From assembly GCA_050124775.1 (NCBI GenBank), contig JASFEP010000003.1, positions 1 to 41,097 of the forward strand: a stretch of 41,097 bases of DNA. Direction: 5' to 3'. Positions 9,750-17,913 of this stretch are shown here, piece by piece. Numbering within the stretch: position 1 is the stretch's first letter; each line of letters begins with the position of its first letter. Origin of the DNA: Candidatus Aminicenantes bacterium (GTDB taxonomy: Bacteria; Acidobacteriota; Aminicenantia; Aminicenantales; Aminicenantaceae). A program made the position numbers and the translations under genes. Below the pieces are notes generated by a model, which worked only from the letters and a program-made list of their open reading frames with translations, made no database searches and had not been told where the DNA came from.

Positions 9750-11036
9750 ATGTCCGCATCTATAGAGATCATCTTCGCCGTGATGGTTGTCAGTTATATT
9801 GCCGCGAAGTCCTTTAAAATTTCGACCGAACTCTCCATGTTTTTCGCTGCGATTGTCGGTGGGCTTGTGGGAGGTGTGGGCATTCCTGCCCGTCATATCG
9901 TAGAAGGAGCTTTTACCTATTTCGACATCATACTCATTTTTGTGACGGCCACATTTTTTATGAATCTTCTCAAAGAATCCGGGGGTGTGGCCTATGTGGT
10001 GAGGGGGATCATTCAAAAGTTCTCCGATAAAAAATCCATCCTTTTTATTCTCATCACATTCCTCCTTCTCCTGCCAGGAGCACTGACAGGCGCGGGGAGC
10101 GTGACCGTTTTGATCACTGGGGGGATGATCGCTGTCGTCTTGGAATACATGGGCCTCTCCAAAGCCAAAACAGCGGCAATCATTTTTATAATCGCAGGGT
10201 TGAGCGCCGCGGCCCCACCTGTCAGTTTATGGGCTATGCTAACTGCGGCAGGTGTGAATATGCCCTATGTCGGATTCTTCCTCCCGCTCCTTATTCCCTG
10301 TGTTGTTCTTTCCTTGTTGACGATCTTTGTTCTGGGATGGCGAGGTAAATCCGTGGACCTTGACAAGGCTCTGCAGGAACTCCCGGAAGCGCCACTGCGA
10401 ATGACCTGGGTCAAAGTCGTCTTGCCTTTTCTCGTTTTCTTTGTTCTTGTTCTTGTGGGGCGGATATGGCCGCATTCGTTTCCAATTGTAGGACTACCCA
10501 TGATGTTCGTCGCAGCAGCGGCTGTCTCTTATGTCCTTTCCCCTGTGAAGCTCAACATCTTCCACATAGCCAGAGACACAGTGCACCAACTGTTGCCCCT
10601 TGTCGGCACTCTCACCTGTGTGGGGATCCTGGTGCAGATCATGACACTTACCGGTGTGCGTGGACTTATCGCGATCACGGTGGTGACTTTGCCCATATTG
10701 ATCGTTTTCTTATCTCTGTTCCTGGTGCTCCCCGTATCGGAGGCCGTGCTCATGTGGGGTGCCGCCCCAGTTCTCGGTGTTCCGTTGGTCCTTCTTTTTA
10801 ACACCATCGGCCTCAATCCAATAGTCGCCCTGGCCGGGATGAGCGTGATCTGGCCGTTGGGGGACGCGCTTCCTCCCACAGCGATCATAGGACGCCTGAC
10901 AAAAGATACGGTGGGAATGGAGGAGCCCTATGTTCACATGCTCAAACACTGTCTGATCCCTGCGATTCTCATCATGATCGCAGGAACGCTCATGGTGATC
11001 TTCAGCAAGGAACTCAGTTTTTTAACTTTATTATAG
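9750..11036 (+). CDS. DctM-like (TRAP large subunit / ion-transporter superfamily) permease
   Basis: ~11-12 TM segments; KESGG, PGALTGAG, SAAAPPVS and ALPPTA hairpin motifs. Confidence 0.8.
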   Translation: MSASIEIIFAVMVVSYIAAKSFKISTELSMFFAAIVGGLVGGVGIPARHIVEGAFTYFDIILIFVTATFFMNLLKESGGVAYVVRGIIQKFSDKKSILFILITFLLLLPGALTGAGSVTVLITGGMIAVVLEYMGLSKAKTAAIIFIIAGLSAAAPPVSLWAMLTAAGVNMPYVGFFLPLLIPCVVLSLLTIFVLGWRGKSVDLDKALQELPEAPLRMTWVKVVLPFLVFFVLVLVGRIWPHSFPIVGLPMMFVAAAAVSYVLSPVKLNIFHIARDTVHQLLPLVGTLTCVGILVQIMTLTGVRGLIAITVVTLPILIVFLSLFLVLPVSEAVLMWGAAPVLGVPLVLLFNTIGLNPIVALAGMSVIWPLGDALPPTAIIGRLTKDTVGMEEPYVHMLKHCLIPAILIMIAGTLMVIFSKELSFLTLL

Positions 11037-11070
11037 ATGACATAAAATCAAATGGGATAATCGACGAGCC

Positions 11071-11220
11071 ATGGTGATTACAATCCTTTATTATCTTCTA
11101 ACCGGGGCAATTGCCCTTCTGATGATTCACAATTTTATTCGGAGCAAAAAATGGCAGGAAGAAATGCTCTACATTCTCGTGCTTCTGCCCTTTCTCCTGC
11201 GGCTCTTTCGACTGAAATAG
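11071..11220 (+). CDS. 49-aa two-TM membrane microprotein (absent from the ORF track)
   Basis: Translated by hand: MVITILYYLLTGAIALLMIHNFIRSKKWQEEMLYILVLLPFLLRLFRLK; fills the gap between permease and deacylase and ends 9 nt before the next ATG. Confidence 0.75.
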   Translation: MVITILYYLLTGAIALLMIHNFIRSKKWQEEMLYILVLLPFLLRLFRLK

Positions 11221-11229
11221 AGGGAATCG

Positions 11230-12402
11230 ATGTGTGCTAAAGAATACACTCCGATCAGAAAAACGATGATCGCTATATTGGGTCTGCTCCTCTGTGTGTT
11301 TGCCGGTGCCAATTTCTTCCGGAGCCGTCATCTTAAGGAGCCTGTGGTCCTGAGTCCGGGTGTCGGTGAGGTCAAACATCTGAGCGACTATTTTCCGGGT
11401 ATAAAGGGATCGGTCAATGATGCGTTCGTCTATATTCTCGAGGGGGAAAAAGGGGGTGGGACATTCCTCATCCTGGGGGGCACTCATCCTGAAGAGCCGG
11501 CTGCGCGTCTGGCAGCCTGGATCTTCGTGGAAAATGCACATGTCACCCAGGGCAGGCTTTTTGTGGTTCTCTCTGCAAACAGGAGCGGCACCACCGTTAC
11601 CCGGTTGGGAGGGGGTTATCCACCGGATTACACGATCGATACGCCCTGGGGGGGACAAAAATTCCGGATGGGGGATCGCTGGTCCAATCCTCTGGATCAA
11701 TGGCCGGACCCGGAGGTCTACATCCACTATCCGAGCAAACAGGAGCTGGCCTATGTGGATATCAGGAATCTGAATCGCACATGGCCTGGCCGCTCGAACG
11801 GAACACTCACAGAGAAGACATGTTACGCAATGACCGAGCTTATTCGCAGAGAAAAGGTGGATATCGTCATAGACCTGCATGAAGCGGAACTTCAGTATCC
11901 GGTCATCAGCACCATCGTCGCTCACGAAAAGGGTCAGGACTTGGCTGCTATGGCTTCGATGATGATCAGCGGTACAGAAGGTTTCGACATCGGGATGGAG
12001 AACTCACCCTATGCCCTCCGCGGCCTCTCTCATAGAGAGATCGGAGACCATACGGATGCCATTTCTCTTCTCCTCGAGACTCCAGAGCCATTCCTGGATG
12101 CGACACGTGGCCGGACAGACAGAGCGCTGCTCCTCGAAGGCAAAGATAGATTCGTCATGAGAGCCGGAGAGCACGGGCTTCTCTTCGAAAGGATGGATGA
12201 AAAGGGATGGCCCATCGATAAACGTGTGGGCCGCCACTGCTCATCCATACTCCAGATTGCAGAACTCTGGACAGAAGACCATCCGGAAAAGGGCCTTAAA
12301 ATGACAAAGGTCCCCCGTTATCTTGAGATTATCGAAAAGGGCACGGGTTTCTTTCTCCGCGATCCTGAGAAAGCTGATCCCGAAAGGATCCGATACGAGT
12401 AG
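11230..12402 (+). CDS. Membrane-anchored/exported succinylglutamate desuccinylase / aspartoacylase-family (M14-like) zinc hydrolase
   Basis: GGTHPEEP (HxxE), RNLNRTWPG, VIDLHEA motifs; N-terminal hydrophobic segment. Confidence 0.85.
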   Translation: MCAKEYTPIRKTMIAILGLLLCVFAGANFFRSRHLKEPVVLSPGVGEVKHLSDYFPGIKGSVNDAFVYILEGEKGGGTFLILGGTHPEEPAARLAAWIFVENAHVTQGRLFVVLSANRSGTTVTRLGGGYPPDYTIDTPWGGQKFRMGDRWSNPLDQWPDPEVYIHYPSKQELAYVDIRNLNRTWPGRSNGTLTEKTCYAMTELIRREKVDIVIDLHEAELQYPVISTIVAHEKGQDLAAMASMMISGTEGFDIGMENSPYALRGLSHREIGDHTDAISLLLETPEPFLDATRGRTDRALLLEGKDRFVMRAGEHGLLFERMDEKGWPIDKRVGRHCSSILQIAELWTEDHPEKGLKMTKVPRYLEIIEKGTGFFLRDPEKADPERIRYE

Positions 12403-12443
12403 GATGGTGGTCTTTTCATCGAACACTCCCTTCCAATAAGACG

Positions 12444-13592
12444 CTAAGCTTTGCGAAGAACAATCCCACGAAGCCGCGCAAGAAACAGAAGGAGAATGAC
12501 AAGAAGAATATAAACAATCCCTAATCCAAAAATGAATCCCTGTCTTTCTCCTGTCATCCTGTAAAAGGCGCCCTCTCCTGGAACCGGGAGTGGCGATGGG
12601 TCCCACGCCAAGCCGTAGCGTTGGGTCAGGCCTCTAAGGTAAAGGAGATGGATCACCGGGATCCCCCCGGCTGCCATGGCATAGACGACACCCTGCCGTT
12701 CGGGCGGAGGGAATTTTTCGATCCGATTCAGTCCCGGCTTCAGATGCAAAACCATCGAATCCAAACCCATATTGGACCAGCTGCCGCCGATGTTTATGAA
12801 AGCCTTGATGTTTTTCCCTTTTGCTGCCTTTTCGAATAACGCCATCCGCAAAGCCACGTTCTGAGGCAGTTCAGGCTCATCGAGGAAGGGGAATCCGCTC
12901 CCGCGGATATCCTCCCAGAGGAGCTCACGTCCCTCTTCATCCATGTCCATTCCTGTATCTCCTTCACCTCCGAGCGATATAGCGAGCGGAGGTTTGCTGA
13001 AAAGACCGCTCTCTTCCAAACACTGCCACATATGAAGCCAGTGAAAGCGGGAATTGTTGGCTCCCCATTGAGAGGCTCCGAGGGAGGATATCCATAGAGG
13101 ATCGATGTCCAGCGTTTCGACGGCAGCCAAAGAGGCAATAATCAGAGCTGGAAAGGACCCAGAGGCGCCAATAGCGACACAATCCCCCTTTTCGACATCG
13201 CATTCCCTGAGGAGCCGGAGGATAAGTCCAGCAAAGTTGGGATTTGTGCTCGTTCTTTTCGACCCCAGATTGCCGATCGAAGTCGTGATCTCTGAATTCT
13301 CCATACCTATAATGCCGGTTCCGTTGATATCCGTGCTTCTATCGATCCTCAAACCTTTTTGCTGACGGCATGCCCTCAGAACATCTGTGGCACTTTCCAT
13401 AAGACGCGATGCCTGGATCATCTCAATCACTAAATTATCAGCCCCTTTGTAAGGAAGATACTTCCATAAAATATAAAAGGCGACACTTAACACACAGAGA
13501 ATGAGCATCACGCGCGCGTCGTTTTTCGGATTTTCTTTGGGGAATCGGTATCGCTTCAACATGTCTTTCTCATCACTTTCCTGTCTCATCAT
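12444..13592 (-). CDS. pgsW: Poly-gamma-glutamate system protein PgsW
   Basis: DINGTGIIG..SEITTSIGNLGSKRTSTNPNF, GASGSFPAL, SSLGASQWGAN, FINIGG; N- and C-terminal TM; directly after pgsC; start uncertain (13640, 13592 or 13562). Confidence 0.85.
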   Translation of the reverse strand: MMRQESDEKDMLKRYRFPKENPKNDARVMLILCVLSVAFYILWKYLPYKGADNLVIEMIQASRLMESATDVLRACRQQKGLRIDRSTDINGTGIIGMENSEITTSIGNLGSKRTSTNPNFAGLILRLLRECDVEKGDCVAIGASGSFPALIIASLAAVETLDIDPLWISSLGASQWGANNSRFHWLHMWQCLEESGLFSKPPLAISLGGEGDTGMDMDEEGRELLWEDIRGSGFPFLDEPELPQNVALRMALFEKAAKGKNIKAFINIGGSWSNMGLDSMVLHLKPGLNRIEKFPPPERQGVVYAMAAGGIPVIHLLYLRGLTQRYGLAWDPSPLPVPGEGAFYRMTGERQGFIFGLGIVYILLVILLLFLARLRGIVLRKA

Positions 13593-13626
13593 TTTTTTAT
13601 AGCGGGATATAAAGAGCGTTTTTCGA

Positions 13627-14067
13627 TCATGGGAGCACATGCTGGAGCACTCGGACCACCGCATAAGTGAATACGGCCACTGTTACGAGCGAGATAAGAG
13701 TGGGGACGAACCGCTGCCTCTCGAGATTGTTTGCCAACAGACCCGGAATGAGCCAGCCGATGGCCCTCAATCCAAAAGATTCCGGGAAGAATTGAGGGAA
13801 GACAGAGGACCAAACCTGCGCCAATACGGCGCCTATAAATATAAAGGTCACAAACCGTCTCTTTCCGAAAAGTATCACATGCCTGGAAAGGAGCTTGTAA
13901 AGAAAGACACAGAGAACAGCAACGGCCACAGTCACGGCCACACGCAGGGGTTGGTCGAGATAGAGGGCGATGTAAGCAGGGACAATGATGCCGCCGGGGT
14001 ACACGCCGAAGAGCTCTACATACAGGATAGCAACCAGCAGGCCGATGAAAATCGTTTCATAACTCAT
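13627..14067 (-). CDS. pgsC: Poly-gamma-glutamate biosynthesis protein PgsC/CapC
   Basis: GVYPGGIIVPAYIAL, ILFGKRRF, RAIGWLIPGLLAN motifs; start overlaps the pgsB stop. Confidence 0.92.
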   Translation of the reverse strand: MSYETIFIGLLVAILYVELFGVYPGGIIVPAYIALYLDQPLRVAVTVAVAVLCVFLYKLLSRHVILFGKRRFVTFIFIGAVLAQVWSSVFPQFFPESFGLRAIGWLIPGLLANNLERQRFVPTLISLVTVAVFTYAVVRVLQHVLP

Positions 14068-15241
14068 ATCTTTTTCCTGTCCTTTCCCAATAATCGACAA
14101 GACCCGCCCCTGCACCTCCCATGTTGCCCATGCCGATCACCACAACCTTTTCTTCTGTCATGCCGGAAAGCCGGAGCATGATCTCTTCTGGCTGAAGATT
14201 ATGCCAGGCATGGAGTTCTCGTCCCGTGTATTTTTTTAGCTTACGAATCATGGCCGGTGCGTGATGACCCAAACAGATGAGTTTCTGGATCTCGGAAAAT
14301 TTTCCGTACCTCAGAGCTTCCAGCCACAACAGGGTCCGATCGCCCCGGTCTTCCCTTAGATTCAGCACGCCGATAACTGTCCTTCCTTCGAGAAGGAGAT
14401 TTTTCCTCAACTTGGAAAGAATCAACTGTGTGGACTCCGGTTCGTTGGCGGCGAAAGCGCTCACAAAATACCAATCCGGCCGGTATGGAGTGCTGAGCGC
14501 AGTCCATACCTTTAAGCTTCCGAAGTCGGGCAGAACTTCGCCCGTCGCCTGGAATACCGTGGAAGCATCCTGCTCTAAAAACTCACACACGGATACGCAC
14601 AGGCGAATATTTTCATCGAATTCTGAGGAGAAGATTCCGTTTTTTTTACCCATGTATGAGTTATGAGCTTCGCGGACCGGGATCAATTCGGTCTTTCTCG
14701 ATTGCGCTGTTCTACGGAAGACAGAACAGATCTCCTCCTGCGGAACAAAAACCGTGCCTTTTGCGGGAATAGCGCTTGCAAAACAGGCTGCAATGTGTTC
14801 TTTTGTGCTCCCCATATGAGCTGTATGATCCAGCCGGACATTGGTGACACAAAGGATATCGGGCCTAAAGATCTTTTGGGATTCCACATAAATGGTCTCG
14901 GGTTGAATGGCCATCAACTCCACAACACAAGCGTCGACGCGAAGCTTGTTCGCGAGCCGAAGGATCTTTTTTCCTTCGAGGATAGTGGCCGGCCCACGCC
15001 GCGCGATCACTCTTTCGCTTCCATCGGGGAATATCAAAACTGGTTTCGCTCCGGTCGTACGGGCAAGCACAGACATCCCCGAACCTCGCAAGGCGGCGGT
15101 GATAAGACGAGTAACGCTGGATTTTCCCCGCGTTCCCGTCACACAGATGCGCAAGGGAACAGAATCGACCATCCCCCGAAGATAGGCCCACTCGACACAA
15201 AGGAAGATCAGCCAAATGGCCAACAAACTCCCGGTGATCAA
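14057..15241 (-). CDS. pgsB: Poly-gamma-glutamate synthase PgsB/CapB (Mur/FolC-like amide ligase)
   Basis: VTGTRGKSSVTRLI P-loop, ARTTG, VVELMAIQP, TNVRLDH, AFAANEPEST, NLREDRGDRT, GMGN; N-terminal TM. Confidence 0.92.
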   Translation of the reverse strand: MITGSLLAIWLIFLCVEWAYLRGMVDSVPLRICVTGTRGKSSVTRLITAALRGSGMSVLARTTGAKPVLIFPDGSERVIARRGPATILEGKKILRLANKLRVDACVVELMAIQPETIYVESQKIFRPDILCVTNVRLDHTAHMGSTKEHIAACFASAIPAKGTVFVPQEEICSVFRRTAQSRKTELIPVREAHNSYMGKKNGIFSSEFDENIRLCVSVCEFLEQDASTVFQATGEVLPDFGSLKVWTALSTPYRPDWYFVSAFAANEPESTQLILSKLRKNLLLEGRTVIGVLNLREDRGDRTLLWLEALRYGKFSEIQKLICLGHHAPAMIRKLKKYTGRELHAWHNLQPEEIMLRLSGMTEEKVVVIGMGNMGGAGAGLVDYWERTGKRYEL

Positions 15242-15367
15242 AAGTTCTCTGATCGTTCTCTCCTCTGACTAATACGCAAGCTGCCAGGACAAACCAAGAT
15301 TTTGCACTGTTTACTATCGTGCCTTTACAGTTACACCTTTTTTCATTCTACAAAAACTCTAGACTCC

Positions 15368-17689
15368 CTAGAAGGAGAATTCTTGGTCCTGGATCCCTCG
15401 CCCCGCATCCATAATTCTCATCAAGTTTCCGGAGAAAATGTTCGTGAGCTCTCTCCTTTCAAAATCAGCCCGGGCGATCTCTGCAAAGACTTTGAGCAGT
15501 GCTTCTTTTGTTGATTTCCCCCACATACATGCTTCATTGACGAACACGACAGATCGTGATCCCAAGGCATCTTTGAGCTCTGTAAGCTTCGTTACGTAAT
15601 CAGCGGGTTCTTCATTGCCCCAAATGAGTCCAACCGCCGAGTCTTTTCTCTTGATAGATTCGAGCACGCTCTTTTCTGGAATGTCCTTCACCAGCAAAAG
15701 AAGAGGTTTTCTTGCTCTTTTCAAAAGAGCCTTTGTGTTTTCAGGACCGAAGTCTTTGACAATGAGAAACAGATCGCCGTCGTTTATGGCCTTTAGATTT
15801 TTTTTCCCTTGATCGCTCACGCCCTTTTCATCGAACAACACATGCTGTTTTTCAATCAACACAAAACACAATCCTGTACGGCCAAACACAGGAGCCCATC
15901 TGAAGTCGTCCTGGAACACATTGATTCCTCTGAGACCGGGAACAACTACGGTTTTCCCCTGCCCGAAGATCGAATTGGCGCTCCTGGCTGATCGGTAGAG
16001 CGAGAGTCCTTTGGCCTCTTTCACCCTCTCTGCGGCTGATAGGAATTTTTTGAGAGTGTCGAATCTGAGGGCATCTTCGGTCAGCTCCTCATCTTCCTCC
16101 AGGATCGACAGCTGGAGTCTGACATGAGAGCCCTCGGCATCGCCGTGATTGGCAATCACATTTTCAAGCGGCGGCATTTTGAAATTGGGCAGGTTCAGGT
16201 ATTTGAGGTAGAAGTTCTCTTCTCTCATCGGATGGATAAAATCCCCTGATTCCGCCGCGAGAATTTCGACAGCTGCGCTCACCAAGTCCCCCGTCTTTTT
16301 CAATATAGCGGGGTTAATCAGGTCCGCATCGTCCCGCGGGCGATGGTATTTGAGATGGGGCCCATCCGAAGCTAAGGCCCAAGCAGAAACGCCCTTCATC
16401 AGGAACGGTGTATGGTCCGAACCGCCGGGGCCGCCTGGTTCGGCCTTGGTGTATTCCAAAATCTCTTGGGGGAGTTTTTCTTTGAGAATATTCCAGATTT
16501 TGGGCCCATAGGTCGTACCTCGGAAACGTATATTCCGTGTTCCATGCCCGACCATATCCATGTTGAAATAAACTATCGTCTTTGCGATGGGATGTGTGGG
16601 GTGGTCGACGTAGTACTCGGACCCCAGGAGCCCTTGCTCCTCTGCAGCCCAAGCGGCGAAAATGACCGTTCGTTCGGGCTTGTAATCGTTGAGCTTCATG
16701 ACTCTGGCTATCTCCATGGTCACCGCTGTCCCCGATGCATTATCATTAGCGCCGTTCATGACGTCTCCTATAGGACTGACTCCCAAGTGATCCATATGAC
16801 CGCCGACAATGATGGCCTCGTCCTTGAGCGTGGGGTCGCTCCCCGATATTTTGGCAAGGATGTTCCGCGTTTTTCTCGCCTCATCGAAGATCGCATTCAC
16901 AGAGACAAAAGCCTTCACTCCTGTCGCAAAAGATTTTGGGAGTTGTCCCGCGCCAGTTCTCCGGAATGAACGTCCGAAATCCATCGGCAATTCTTTAAAG
17001 ATAAAATTGGTCACGCGATCCTCTATAGAAAGAATAACAAATTCCGGATCGTGAAGTTTTTTATCGATCCTCATCCGAAAATAGCTCGATGCACCGGGAC
17101 TGGATGGCCGGAATACGAGCACACCCAGAGCACCCATATCCTGGGCCGTTTTTATGCGGCCATCGATCGTTGCAGCGTCGCCGATTTTGTTCGCGAGCGT
17201 TGGCGGAACAGCGGCCGACATGAGCAGGATCTTATCGTTGACATCCAGTCCGGCATAGTCATCGCGTTTTTGATCGGGCGCCTGAATCCCATACCCGACG
17301 AACATGATCTCTGCCGTAAAGTGACCGGAACCCGAATAGCGCTGCACGCGCCAGTCGTCCCCGTAATAAAAATCTCTTCGGGCTTTATCGGTGATGACCT
17401 CAAAGATCACACCCTCTTCCACATTGTTGTGCTCAATGGTAAATTCCTGGAAATAGGAGCCCTGCTCTCCGGCAGGCTCGAGGCCCCACTCCTTGAACTT
17501 AGCGGAGATGTACTTCTCTCCCATCGCACCGCCGAGCTGTCCGCTTTTGCGGCCCAGCATGGCATCTGCAGCCATATCCTTTATGTAATTGTGTGCTCGG
17601 TGTCCATCAAACTCGATCCTCTTCTCTTTGGCCCATCCGAGAGAGAGAAGAAGAAATAGGATAAACAAATATCCGACCGATTTTTTCAC
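15368..17689 (-). CDS. Secreted M28 peptidase with PA domain and a C-terminal degenerate M19-like domain
   Basis: Signal peptide; FVGYGI..DDYAGLDV (PA); GGHMDH, NGANDNASG, AAEEQGLLGS, NMDMVG, SDH and YH motifs. Confidence 0.9.
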   Translation of the reverse strand: MKKSVGYLFILFLLLSLGWAKEKRIEFDGHRAHNYIKDMAADAMLGRKSGQLGGAMGEKYISAKFKEWGLEPAGEQGSYFQEFTIEHNNVEEGVIFEVITDKARRDFYYGDDWRVQRYSGSGHFTAEIMFVGYGIQAPDQKRDDYAGLDVNDKILLMSAAVPPTLANKIGDAATIDGRIKTAQDMGALGVLVFRPSSPGASSYFRMRIDKKLHDPEFVILSIEDRVTNFIFKELPMDFGRSFRRTGAGQLPKSFATGVKAFVSVNAIFDEARKTRNILAKISGSDPTLKDEAIIVGGHMDHLGVSPIGDVMNGANDNASGTAVTMEIARVMKLNDYKPERTVIFAAWAAEEQGLLGSEYYVDHPTHPIAKTIVYFNMDMVGHGTRNIRFRGTTYGPKIWNILKEKLPQEILEYTKAEPGGPGGSDHTPFLMKGVSAWALASDGPHLKYHRPRDDADLINPAILKKTGDLVSAAVEILAAESGDFIHPMREENFYLKYLNLPNFKMPPLENVIANHGDAEGSHVRLQLSILEEDEELTEDALRFDTLKKFLSAAERVKEAKGLSLYRSARSANSIFGQGKTVVVPGLRGINVFQDDFRWAPVFGRTGLCFVLIEKQHVLFDEKGVSDQGKKNLKAINDGDLFLIVKDFGPENTKALLKRARKPLLLLVKDIPEKSVLESIKRKDSAVGLIWGNEEPADYVTKLTELKDALGSRSVVFVNEACMWGKSTKEALLKVFAEIARADFERRELTNIFSGNLMRIMDAGRGIQDQEFSF

Positions 17690-17913
17690 GATTTACCTCC
17701 TCTTATACTTCAACCCTTCACTATTCAATCGATTGACTCGATAAAAAGTCAGTGAAATGCGTGATCAAGCTTGATCTCAAAAGGCTTCTATTATACCGAA
17801 TTCAGACAGACAATAGGAAATTGAATTTTCTTCGAGGGAATCTCCCTCCTGGCATAGAAGCTTGAATGCCCTTTGGAAAATTGCTTGTCAGCCAATTTTT
17901 TGAATATTCCCGA

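Noticed and set aside
17850-17866. TGGCATAGAAGCTTGAA as a sigma54 promoter (also TGGCATAGGGATTTGG near 29087-29102, minus)
   Set aside because: No GC at the required GG-N10-GC spacing
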